Shown here piece after piece: positions 22,792-33,812 of a DNA stretch of 64,000 bases. Source of the stretch: Scenedesmus sp. PABB004. Taxonomy: Eukaryota. Made by a program: the position numbers and the translations under genes. The notes under the pieces were generated by a model. It did no database searches, was not told the DNA's origin, and saw nothing but the letters and a program-made list of their open reading frames with translations. The DNA is taken from positions 248,001-312,000 of the forward strand of contig JABVCE010000014.1 of NCBI GenBank assembly GCA_014905635.1. The letters are read 5' to 3'. Each line of letters opens with the position of its first letter. Within the stretch, counting starts at the first letter, position 1.

Positions 22792-24186
22792 TCAGGCGGT
22801 GAGCTTGGCCACGACGGTGGCGAGATTTTTGCCCTGGAACACCGCGAGCTCGAGCTCCTCCGCGCTGGGCTGGCGGGAGCCGTCCTGCCCCGGGAGCGTG
22901 CCTGCGCCCCAGGGCGAGCCGCCCTTCGCCGCGTCCAACTCCAACATGAAGCCGCCGGCCGCGTAGCCGGTGGGCACGAAGATCATGCCGTGATGGGCCT
23001 GCGCGCACGCGCGCGCGCGTGCGAGAGGGCGGGCGGGCGGCGGCGACGGCAGCTCGGGGCGGCGTACGCTCCGGCGGCGGTGCGTGCCAGAGCCGTGGCA
23101 CGGCGGACGGCGCGGCGTGGCGCGCGGCGTGGCGCGGCGCGGCGCGGCGCGGGGCCGCCCGCCCGCGCACCAGCTGGGTGATGGCGGTGAGGATGCTCGT
23201 CTCCTGCCCACTGCCCTGGCTGGCGGTGCTGGTGAACATGGACGCCGCCTTGCCGGCCTGGCCGGCGCCGGGGCGCGGCGCGGCGCCGGGCGCGGCGGGT
23301 GAGCGAGCAAGCATGGCGCATGGCCTCGCGCCATCGGGGCGCGGCGCTGCCGCGAGCGGCCGCGCACCAGCGCCCTTCTGCCAGTGGACACCCGTCGCGT
23401 CTGCGCGGCGGCGGCGGCGGCGGCGGCGGCGCGCATGAGCGGCGACCCGGGCTCGGCCGGCCCCGCCCGCGCCCGCCCGCGCGCCGGGGAGAGGAAGCCC
23501 ACAGCCGCGCGCCGCCGCCCGGGCCCCGCATTCACCGAAGAACGCCTTCATCTGGGCGCACATCATGCCGAAGCGCGTGGGGAAGCCAAAGACAAAGCCG
23601 TCGGCCTCGTTGATGGTGCGCGGGTAGGCGACCGGCACGTCGGCGGGCTTGGCCGGCGCGTGCCTGAGCGACGGCAGGCGGCGTCGTTGGGGCGGCGCGG
23701 GGAGGGCGGCGTCGGCGGGCGGGGCGGAGAGCACACGCAGCGGGCGCAGGCGGCGTCGGCGGGCCCCGCCGCGCACATCTTCTCGAGCACGTCGGCAGGG
23801 AGCGTCTCGGCGACCTGGTACAGCACCCCCTCCACGCCAGACACGCTGTCCACGCCCTGCTTGACCGCCTTGGCCAGCGCGCCGATGTGGCCGTACGTGG
23901 CTGGGGCGGCGGTGATCACGCGCGTGAGCGGGGCGATCACGCGCGGCACGCGAGCGAGCGAGCGGCGAGCGGCGGCCGCGCGGCGGCGGCGAGCGCTGCG
24001 CGCGCGTACAGTAGTAGATGATGTACACCTGGGGGCGGGGCGGGCGCGGCAGCGGCCGGCGCGGTCACACGGCGCCGCTGCCGAGAGCTCATGTGCTCTC
24101 GTCGAGAGCTCCCTGCCCGCGCAGCGACGCCTCGCGCAGCTGCGTATCGCCTCGCGGAGCTCTCGCACCTTTTTGGGGGCGCTCAT
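22792..24186 (-). CDS. FQR1: WrbA/FQR1 flavodoxin-like NAD(P)H:quinone oxidoreductase, copy A
   Basis: MSAPKK|VYIIYY-YGH, QVAETLP, ADGFVFGFPTRFGMM, GKAASMFTST..GGQET-like, HHGMIFVP, GGSPWGAGT, DGSRQPS. Confidence 0.93.
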
Positions 24187-24478
24187 GGTTGGGGGTATTC
24201 GGGTGCTGCTGTCGCGGCGGCGGCGGGCGCTGGCCGCCTGCTGCTGCGGCGGCGATTGGCGCAGGCGAGCTGAGGCAGGACCCGGGGTTGGGAGTGGCGT
24301 GGCGAGCGACGACGGCCCGAGCTCGAGCGCGCACCTCAGCGTCAACTCGCCCGTCACAGGACCGCGCCTCACCACACCACTGCCAGCTGCTGTCCACGGG
24401 GAGGCTGTTTGGCCACACGCACACACACAATGTACCATCCCACACTGTTGACTCTGCCCAGACATCGCCCGCCTCGGA

Positions 24479-25832
24479 TCAGGCGGTGAGCTTGGCCACG
24501 ACGGTCGCGAGGTTCTTGCCCTGGAACACTGCCTGCTCCAGCTCCTCCGCGCTGGGCTGGCGGGAGCCGTCCGGCCCCGCGAGCGTGCCCGCGCCCCAGG
24601 GCGAGCCGCCCTTGGGCTTGTCCAGGCCAAACATGGCGCCGCCCGACCCGTAGCCGGTGGGCACGTAGATCATGCCGTGGTGGGCCTGAGGGTGGACGGG
24701 CGGGCGCGTGCGAGAGGGCGGGCGGGCGGGCGGGCGGCGCCAGCTCGGGGCGGCGCGCGCGTAGCACGGCGCGCGGCGCGCCGCGCGCGGGGCCGCCCGC
24801 CCGCGCACCAGCTGGGTGACGGCGGTGAGGATGGTCGTCTCCTGCCCACTGCCCTGGCTGGCGGTGCTGGTGAACATGGACGCCGCCTTGCCGGCCTGGG
24901 CGGCGCCGGGGCGCGGCGCGGCGCGGGGCACAGCGGGTGAGCGAGCGCGGCGCACGGCCTCGCGTTGTCGGGGCGCGGCGCTGCCGGGAGCGCCAGGCGC
25001 CGCTGCGCACCAGCGCGCCCTTCTGCCAGTGGCCGCCCGTCGCGTCTGCGCGGCGGCGTCGGCGGCGGCGGCGGCGGCGCGCGTGAGCGGCGACCCGGGC
25101 GCGGCCGCGCCCGCCCGCGCGCTGGCGAGAGGAGACCAGCAGCCGCGCGCCGTCCCCGCGCCGCCCGGGCCCCGCACCCACCGAAGAACGCCTTCATCTG
25201 GGCGCACATCATGCCGAAGCGCGTGGGGAAGCCAAAGACAAAGCCGTCGGCCTCGTTGATGGTGCGTGGGTCGGCGACCGGCACGTCGGCGGGCTTGGCC
25301 GGCGCGTGCCTGAGCGACGGCAGGCGGCGTCGTTGGGGCGGCGCGGGGAGGGCGGCGTCGGCGGGCGGGGCGGAGAGCACACGCAGCGGGCGCAGGCGGC
25401 GTCGGCGGGCCCCGCCGCGCACATCTTCTCGAGCACGTCGGCGGGGAGCGTCTCGGCGACCTGGTACAGCACCCCCTCCACGCCAGCCACGCTGTCCACG
25501 CCCTCCTTGACCGCCTTGGCCAGCGCGCCGATGTGGCCGTACATCGCTGCGGCGGCGGTGATCACGCGCGTGAGCGGAGGCGATCACGCGCGGCGCGCGC
25601 GAGCAGCGGCGACTGCGTGGCGGCGGCGGCGAGCGCTGCGCGCGCGTACAGTAGTAGATGATGTACACCTGGGGGCGGGGCGGGCGCGGCCGGCGCGGTC
25701 ACACGGCGCCGCGGCGCGATGCTAGCGGCGCAGCGCCGCGCGCGGCGCGCACGCCCGCCCCTGGCCGCGCAGGCGCCTCGCGCAGCTACGTGTCGCCTCG
25801 AGGAGCTCTCGCACCTTCTTGGGGGCGCTCAT
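24479..25832 (-). CDS. FQR1: WrbA/FQR1 flavodoxin-like NAD(P)H:quinone oxidoreductase, copy B
   Basis: Near-identical tandem paralogue with the same motifs and intron positions. Confidence 0.93.
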
Positions 25833-26074
25833 GGTTGCTGCTGTCGCGGCGGCGGCGGGCGCTGGCGGAGCTGCTGCAGCAGCGGCGGCGATCGGCGCGG
25901 GCGAGCTCAGGCAGGAGCCGGGCATGCTGAGAGTGGGTCTGGCGCGCGAGCGGGGCGCGGATCGAGCGCGCACGGGCGCGGACGAAGACCCTTAAAACCC
26001 TCGCGGGTAGTCACCAGCGTGCACAAAGGACCGGCGGGGGCCGCCGCCCGGCCACCGAGCGACCGCGCCGCCTC

Positions 26075-29000
26075 TCACCGCACCCACCACTGCCAGCTGC
26101 TGTCCAGGGGGAAGCTCGACCCCGCCGCGCGGGCGGCCGCGGCCGCCGCGCGCGCCGCTGCGCCGCCGCCGCGCGCCGCGCCCTCGCGCTCGCGCTGCTC
26201 CGCGCCGCCCTCCGCCCCGCTGCGGGCGGCCCGCCCGCCGCCCGGCTGGTCCTCCTCGTTGGCGAGGACGATGAACTTGAGCCGCGCGTCGCCCCGGTTC
26301 CACGCGCGCGCCTCGCCCCGCGTCGCGCCGGGCGGGCAGAGCACGGCCTCGATCGTCGCTTCCGCAGTCGCGGGGAGCAGGTAATAACCAAGAAGCACGT
26401 GCCCCAGCAGCTGCGCTCGCCGCATCAGGGCCCAGAACGACACCTGCGGTCGCCGCGGCGGCCGCTCGGGCGCCGCCCGCGGCGCCGGCCGAGCCCCGCC
26501 CGGCGCGCCCCGCCCCGCCCCGCCCCGCCCGGCGGCCGCCACACCTTCTCGCCCGGCGCCGCGTACAGGTCGGCGTCGACGATGAGGGGATCGATCGCGC
26601 CGCTCAGCGCGCGGCCGCCGCTGCGCCCCGGCAGCACCTGCGGCGGCGCGCGGCGCGCGCGGGAGGGCGTCGGCCGCCGGCGCGCGTTCGGGCCCCCCGC
26701 GCCGCGGGCGCGGCGGCGCTGCGGCGATGCGGCGCACGCAGCGGCGCACCATGAGAGGGCAGACGGCCAGCTGCGCCGCCATGCACGCGGTGGACGCGGC
26801 GAGGTTGACCGGCACGCCTGGCGGGGCGCGGGCGCGGCGCGGCGCGGCGTGCGGGGCGCAGCGGCGCGGGCGGCGCGGGCGCGGAGGCGGGCGGCAGGCG
26901 GCGGCCGGCGGCCGGCGGCGCGCGCACCGAGGGGCAGGCGCGCCTTGTCCTCGAAGCGCGTGTCCTGCTCGGTCCCGACCTGCGCGGCGCCGGCGGGCCG
27001 CGTGTCGCCCCACGCGAGCAGCGCGCCGCGCGCCGGCGCACGCAATGCGAACGCCCCCCGCACACGGGCAGCGCGCTGCGTTTAGGGCACCCTAGGGTGT
27101 CCTAAACCCTAAATCTCAACCCTAAAGCCCCACACCCACCTTCTCACTGATGAGGTTGATCTCGGCCCCGCCCCCCGCGCGGCCGTCGAGCAGGCTGCGC
27201 AGGTTGAGCTGCACGCGCAGCAGCAGCGCGTCCAGCGCGAGAACGTCCGCGTCGCCGCCCCCGCCGCCGGCCGGCGCGCCGCCGCCGCTGGCGCCGCCGC
27301 TGGCGCCGGCACCGGCGCTGGCGGCGGCGCCGCCGTCCACGCTGCCGCCGGCGCCGCCGCCGTAGAGCGTGTCGCCCGACGCCGTGCCGCCGCCGCCGCC
27401 GCCGCCGCCCGCGCTCGCCTCGGCCGCGACCTGGTGCCGCCAGCCGTCGTCGCAGAGCACGATCGCGGCCGCCACGTCGGTGAGGTCAAGCTGCTCCTCG
27501 AGCTGCCGCCGGCGCAGCGGGTCGACGCGCACGTGGCGCATCGTCAGGCCGTCAAACAGCGCCGGCGGCCCCGCGGCCGTGAGCGCGGCGCGCAGCGTGC
27601 GCCGCGGGCAGTGCGTGTTGGCAAACGTGACGCGGCTGCCGCGCGGCAGCGCGCTCGCGCCCGTCGCGAGCGCGAGCAGGAGCTGAGTCATGAACGCCTG
27701 CTCGCCCCACCCCAGCACGACGAGGCCGAGCGGCGTGTTGCGGTCGAGCTGCACGCTCGTCTCCGCGAGCCGGCTGATGCGGCAGGTCGGGCCCCTGCGC
27801 GGCGCGGCGCGGTCGCGCGGCGGCGCGGTCGCGCGGCGGCGCGGTCGGGCGGAGGGCACGTGGGCGCGCTGCGCGCAGCGCACGCGGCGCGTGCGCGCGG
27901 GGCGGGCCTGCGGAGGGGGGGCTCACCGCGCGCCCGAGAGCAGGCCGAGGATATCGCCCGGCGCGAGGGGGTCGTCGGGGTCCGAGGCCTCCCCCGCGCT
28001 GCTGCCGTCGCCCGAGCCCGAGCCCGACGCCCAGACCGCGGCGGCGGCGCCCGCCATCTGCACCTCCAGCTGCGCCAGCGCGGGCCCGTCGTCGTCGGTT
28101 GTGCTGCTCAGCTCGTCGCCGTCGGGCAGCGGCAGCGGCACGCCCGGCTCGCAGCCGCACGACACCACCGTGGGCATGCTGAGGCTGGACTGCCGCCACG
28201 CGGCGATGGCCGCGTCGGCGTCGTAGGCGCCGATTGGCGCGACGACGGGCGCCGGCAGCGGCTGCACCTCCGACTGCGGCGCCGGCGGCCGGCCGCGCGC
28301 GCAGGTCGGCGGCGGCGGCGGTGGCGGCGGCAGCGGCGGCGGTGGCGGCGGCGGCGGCCAGACCGGCGGCGGCAGCCAAGCGGCGCACCTGCTTGACGCC
28401 GGTCGGCCGCAGGAGGATCAGGTGCTCGCCGCCGGTCAGCACCGTGTCTGGCGGCGGGTTGATCAGCACCGCGCCGCTGCCCGCCTCCAGCAGGCCAAGC
28501 ACAATGCCGTCCTGGAAGCGCAGCGCGACGTCTGCCCCGCGCGCGGCGGCGGCGGCGGCAGGGGGCGCACGTTGGCGACGCGCCGCGCGCACGAGCGCGC
28601 CCGGGGGGAAGGGGGGGGCGGCGCGGCCGCACCCCCGAACGAGGCGCCGGCGAGCTGGGGGAACGTGTGCAGGTGCAGCGCCGGCGCGCCCTCATCAAAC
28701 TCCCAGAGCGTGTCGGCGATGTGGCTGACCACCGGGCGCGTCACGAGCAGCGCAAGCCTGGCGGCGGCGGGCGGGGCGGGGCCGTTGCCGGCGCCGCGCG
28801 GCGGCGCCGCGCCGGCGGCAGCGCTGCGCCGCTGCTGCGCACCGAGCGGCGTTAATTCGGTGCGACGCGAGCGGCAGCACGGGCTTGGTGGCGCAGAACT
28901 TGAGCAGCGGCATCGCGTCGTCGCACTGCGCACACGCGCGGCGGCACACGAGCGGGCGTGGGCGCAGCGCCGGCGCCCGGCGGCGCCGGTGCGGGCAGGC

Positions 29001-30424
29001 GCGCGTGGCTGCGCACCAGCAGCTCCGCGACGACGTGGCCGGGCCGCGGCCGCGGGCGGCCCTCCTGGCGTGCCATCATCTCTGCCTCGTCGAGCAGCAC
29101 CAGCACGCGCAGCACCTGCGGCCGCCCGGCGGGCGCTCAGGCAGGCTCAGGCAGGCTCAGGCAGGCGCGCGCCGAGCGCCCGGCAGGGCGCTGCGCGGCG
29201 CAGCGCGGCGCGGCGCGCCGACCTGGCTGTCCGAGGCGTCCGCGCACGCCGCCGAGTCGGCGAGCAGGATCACGGCGGCCGCGTCGTCTGCGCGAGCGCG
29301 GCGACGGGCGCGGCCGGCCGTCGGCGCCCCTGGCTCGCTCAGCTGCTTGCTCACGCGCCGCGCACGCTGTGCGCGCTGTGCGTGCTGTGCTGCGCGCGTG
29401 GCGCACCCGCGGCCACGAGGCGCAGGTCGGCCGCGTCGAGCGGGTTGCCCGTGCGGAACACAAAGCGGCTGCCCCGCCGCGCCGGCTCGGGGATGGCCGA
29501 CGAGAAGACGCCCTCCATCTCGGTCTTCTTGCGCTGTGTGTGACGCGGCGGGGCGGGCGGGCGGGCGGCTCGCGCGCCTCACGCGGTGCGGCGCGCAGCG
29601 GGCGCAGCGAGGCCGCGGGGGGGGGGGGGGGGGCGCGGCGGCGCCGCGCCACGCGTGCCTGCGTGAGCACCACGAGCGTGCGGCCGCCATAGCTCGCGTA
29701 CGCGGCGCAGAGCTGGCGCAGCACGGTCTCGAGCTTGGCCACGTCGGCGTCGCTGCGCGCCCACGCGACGATGAGGACATGCCCCACCTCCAGCACGGGC
29801 GAGCCGAGCTCGACGCGCTGCTCGTAGACTTGCAGCACGCTCTGCTCCACCAGCGCGAGCACCACGGCAAAGCCGATCACGCCGGTCAGGTAGAGCGCGA
29901 TGGAGCTGACCTGGCAGGGCAGTCGGCGGGCGGGCGGCCGGGCGGTCGGGCGGGCTGCGGCGCGCGGCGGCGCGCGGCGGCGGCGCCTGAGGAGCACTCC
30001 TCCGCCGCACCTGCGCGCCCACAGGCGCGGTCGTGTCCGGCCAGGCGCCGCCGAAGAGAACGACAGCACCCCCGTAGTACTCATCCCACGCGTCGCGCGC
30101 GCTCTCGTGCCCAAGCACCTTGGCCGTGCCCGCGACGACGCTGACCGCGAGGACGAGCAGCAGGATGGCCTGCAAGTCGCTGAACGCGCTGCGGCGCCAG
30201 TCCCGAAAGTATACGTACGTGAGCTGCGCAGTCCAGCGGTCGAGGTCGGCGCGGCGCGCCGCGAGCCAGCCGCCCAGGTCCTCCGGGCTGGTCGCGTGCT
30301 GCCGCTCCCGCTGCTGCTGCGCCCGCGGCGCCGCCAGCACGGCGCGGCGCCGCGGCCGGAGATGGCGCGACGGCGACGACAGCGGCGCCAGCAGGCGTTG
30401 CCCAGCCGCGCGGCGGGCCAGCAT
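26075..30424 (-). CDS. CASTOR/POLLUX/DMI1-like cation channel with RCK domains, probably organellar
   Basis: Transit-like N-terminus; TM segments; FAVVLALVEQ..GSPVLEVGHVLIVAW, FRTGNPLDAADLRLVA, FQDGIVLGL..INPP, VVLGW. The 3' end is less certain. Confidence 0.8.
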
Positions 30425-30722
30425 CGTGCCGCGGCGGCGGAGTGACTGCTGCTGCGCTGGCACGACCTCTCCACGCGAGCACGCGATCGCGCTCGGTGTC
30501 GTCGCACGACCGGGAATGTCAGAGCGCGACCGGCGGTCGCTGGGCGCTCTCGCGCGGGCTGGCGGGGGCGGCGTGTGCGCCGCTGCTGCTGCGTGCGCCT
30601 GTGCTCACGGGCTGGGCTCCCTGCGCCCGAGTGAGCGGCTGCCCGCGCTCACCACGCCCAGTTAGTGCCACCCGGCCGCTGCGCGCGCCGCCCGCCGCGT
30701 CTCAGGCGCCGCCCGCCGCGTC

Positions 30723-32189
30723 TCAGGCGCCGGCGCCCCGCGCGGCGAGCGCGGCGGCCACGTCGTCCCGCACGACCGCCCACATCTTCTCCGCCAGGCG
30801 CGGCGCCGCCGCGAGCGCGACGTTGGCCTCGACGTGCTCCTGCGCCTGCGGGCGCGCGCGCGCGCACGCGCGCTGTGGGCGCCCCGTCCGGCGCGGCGGC
30901 GGGCGAGCGCGGCACGGCCGAGCGCGGCGCGGCGCGCGCGCACCTTTTGGCCCAGCAGCACGCTCGTCACGCCCGGCACGCTCCGCACAAACTGCACCAG
31001 CTTGCCCGCGGTGCTGCGCACGTCGCGCATGCCCAGCAGGTGGTCGAGCGGGCCCACCAGGCCCTGCAGCAGCTGCGCCTGCGTGCGGAGCGCGCGCGCG
31101 CGCCCCGGCAGCGGGCGTTGGCGGGCGCCAACGCGCGCCCGGCGCGCCCGCGGCCGCGGGCGCGGCAGCGGTGCCGCGCTGCGCGCCTCGCACCTCCATG
31201 AGCGGCCCCGACGCAAACACGAGGAGGCCCAGCCGCCGCGCCGCGTCGATGGCGGTCATGTTGTCATAGATGATCGGCGGCGGGGGCGGCGGCGGCGGCG
31301 GCGGCGGCCGCGGCGGCGCCATCGCCGCGAGCGCGGCCGCCTCCTGCGCCGCCTCCTCCTCGCCGTCCAGCAGCGGCGGCGGCGGCGGCGGTGACGGCGG
31401 GTTGGCGGCCGCGGCGGCGGCGGCAGCGGCCGCCGCCGCCGCCTCGGTCGCCGCGTGGTTGACCATGCGCTGCCAGGGCTGGGTGAAGGCCTCTGTCATC
31501 TTGGCGTTGATCGGCAGCTGCACGGCCATGAAGCCGTGGTGCTCGCCGCCCACCTCCTTGGCCAGGTTCACCACCTCCTCCAGGCTCACGTGCTGCGCAG
31601 CGCGCCGGCGGCGCGCGAGCGACGCGGCAGCGGCGGTGAGCGGTGAGCGGCGTGCGGCCGCAGCGCGCCGCAGAGGCGGGCAGCGCGCCGCCGCCGCTGC
31701 CGCGCACCAGCGGGCCGCCGGGCGGCTGCCGGAAGCAGTCCCACGTGGCCATGCCGTAGCCCATGAGCTTGCCCTGCGTGCACGCGCCGCACCCGGCCGG
31801 CGTCGGCCCCGCACCCGCACGCGCGCGCCCCCGCCCGCGCCCGCGCCCGCCCCCGCGCCGCGCGCCCGTGGCCACGCGCCCGCGATGGCCGCGCCGCCGC
31901 GCGCCGACGCTCGTGTGCCCGCGGCGGCGCGGCGCACCTCCTTGCGCAGCGCCTCGAGCTCCGCGAACGCGCCGCGCAGGAGCTGCATGAAGCCGTCGCG
32001 CCCGCGCGCGAGCAGGTGCACCTCCGCCGCGTTGTGCAGGTAGACCAGGTCGACCATCTCCAGCCGCAGCGCCGCGAGGCTCGACGCGACGCTGCCGCGG
32101 ATGCACGCGCGCGTGAGGCAGTGCGCGCCGCCCGCGAGGTCGCCCGCCGACGCGGCGCCCTGCGACAGCAGCTGCTGCTTCAGGGCTGC

Positions 32190-32236
<47 letters not shown>

Positions 32237-32541
32237 GCCGGTGAGCGCCGGGCGTCTGCCGGGACGAGCTGCTGCCGCCAGCGGCGGCTGGCACCGCGCC
32301 CGCCGCACCCGGGCTGAGGAAGCCGGCCTTTGTCGAAATGAAGAGCGCGTCACGCGTGACCTCGGCGCGCTCGTGCGGGAACATGTCGCCTTTGCTGCCG
32401 ACGAGCAACAGCGACAGCGCGCGCCCGATCGCCGCCTCGGCGCGGCCCTCGCGGTAGTTGGGAGCTGCGTTGCGCGCGGCGGCGGCGCGGCAACGGGTGA
32501 GCCGCGCCGCGCGCGATGCGCGCACGCCCTTGCTGCTGCTG

Positions 32542-32572
<31 letters not shown>

Positions 32573-33445
32573 GACTGCTGCGACCGCGCCGCCGCTGCTG
32601 GGCTGCTCCGCTGGGCCTCGGCCGCCCGGGGGCTCGCCCACCTGTGTCAATGACATTCCAGCCCCGCGTGGCGCTGTAAAGCAGCGCCGACAGCACCTGC
32701 TCGTCCGTGGTGTCATCCGCCGCGCCCAGGTAGGTCCCCAGGCCGAGGCTGCTCAGCTGCAGCCGCTGGTCTGCGGCGGCGGCGGCGGCGCGGGCCCGCC
32801 GGCGGCGGCCGGTCGGCGCGGGCCCGCCACCGCTGGCGGCGGCGGCGGCGCGCCGCCGCGGTGCTGCCCGGGCGGAGGCGGCGCATGACAGCTCACTGGG
32901 GCTGGTGGGGTCGGCCGGCCGCGCGCGCCCAAACTCGGCGGTGTTGAAGTGGTTCACGCCGACCGAGCCGCCGAGCGCGCCCGCGTAGATCGTGGTCCCG
33001 CTCTCGCTCGCGTAGCCCTTCCACACGAACTTGTCCTGCGGCGGCGGCGGCGGCGGCGGCGGCGCGCGGCGCCTGCTGCTCAGCAGCGCGGCGCGCGGCG
33101 GGCACGGCCGCCGCAGCAGCAGCAGCAGCGGGCGCGCCGCGGCGCCAACCGCCGCCGCACCACCAGCGCGCCCGCGGAGACGCAGGGCTCCAGGCCGCAG
33201 GAGACGGGGCATGACCGGCGCATGTTGTAGGGGTCGGTGAGGCAGCGGTTGAGGCTGGCGTCGCGCTCGCAGGTGTCCAGCTTGTCCGCGCAGTGGCCGT
33301 ACCCCCGCTCGCCCTCGCTGTAGCCGATGAACGCGCCGCTTCGATCGCTCTCCAGGCCGGCGGCGAGCCCAGCCGCGACCAGCAGCAGCAGCACCGCCAG
33401 GCGCGCCCCGGCGCCGCGGCCCGGGCCTTGGCGCGCAGCGCGCAT
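30723..33445 (-). CDS. Signal peptide + ShKT domain + aldo-keto reductase
   Basis: LAVLLLLVAAGLAAG; CADKLDTCERDASLNRCLTDPYNMRRSCPVSCGLEPC (ShKT pattern); LSSLGLGTYLG, NVIDT-APNY, ISTKAGF, DLVYLHN, VQLPIN. Confidence 0.85.
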
Positions 33446-33812
33446 GCTGCTGCCGCCGCCCTCGCGCGCCGCTGCGGGCCCGGCTCACGCGCGACGGCCG
33501 ATCATGCAGGACCGACGGGAGCACCAGCTGGGCGCAGCTGGAGCCCTGCCACGCGCAGGGGGGCCGCGCAGGAGACCGACGCAGCGAGCGAGCTGCTCCC
33601 GGGCGCGGTTGCTGCGCGTGGCGGTGGTGTGGAGGCAGCCTCCGAATGTGTGGTGTCGAGTCGAACGGCTGGCTGGCGCAGCAGGCTGCGGTTTTGTTAG
33701 CGGTTGGGGCGCTGCGCGCCGCCGCCGCTGCTGTCCGCAGCGCCGCGCCGCACACGCCGCACAAGCCGTCCCCCCGAGATCCCGTCCTGGCGAACTTCCC
33801 GGGGCGCGTCAG

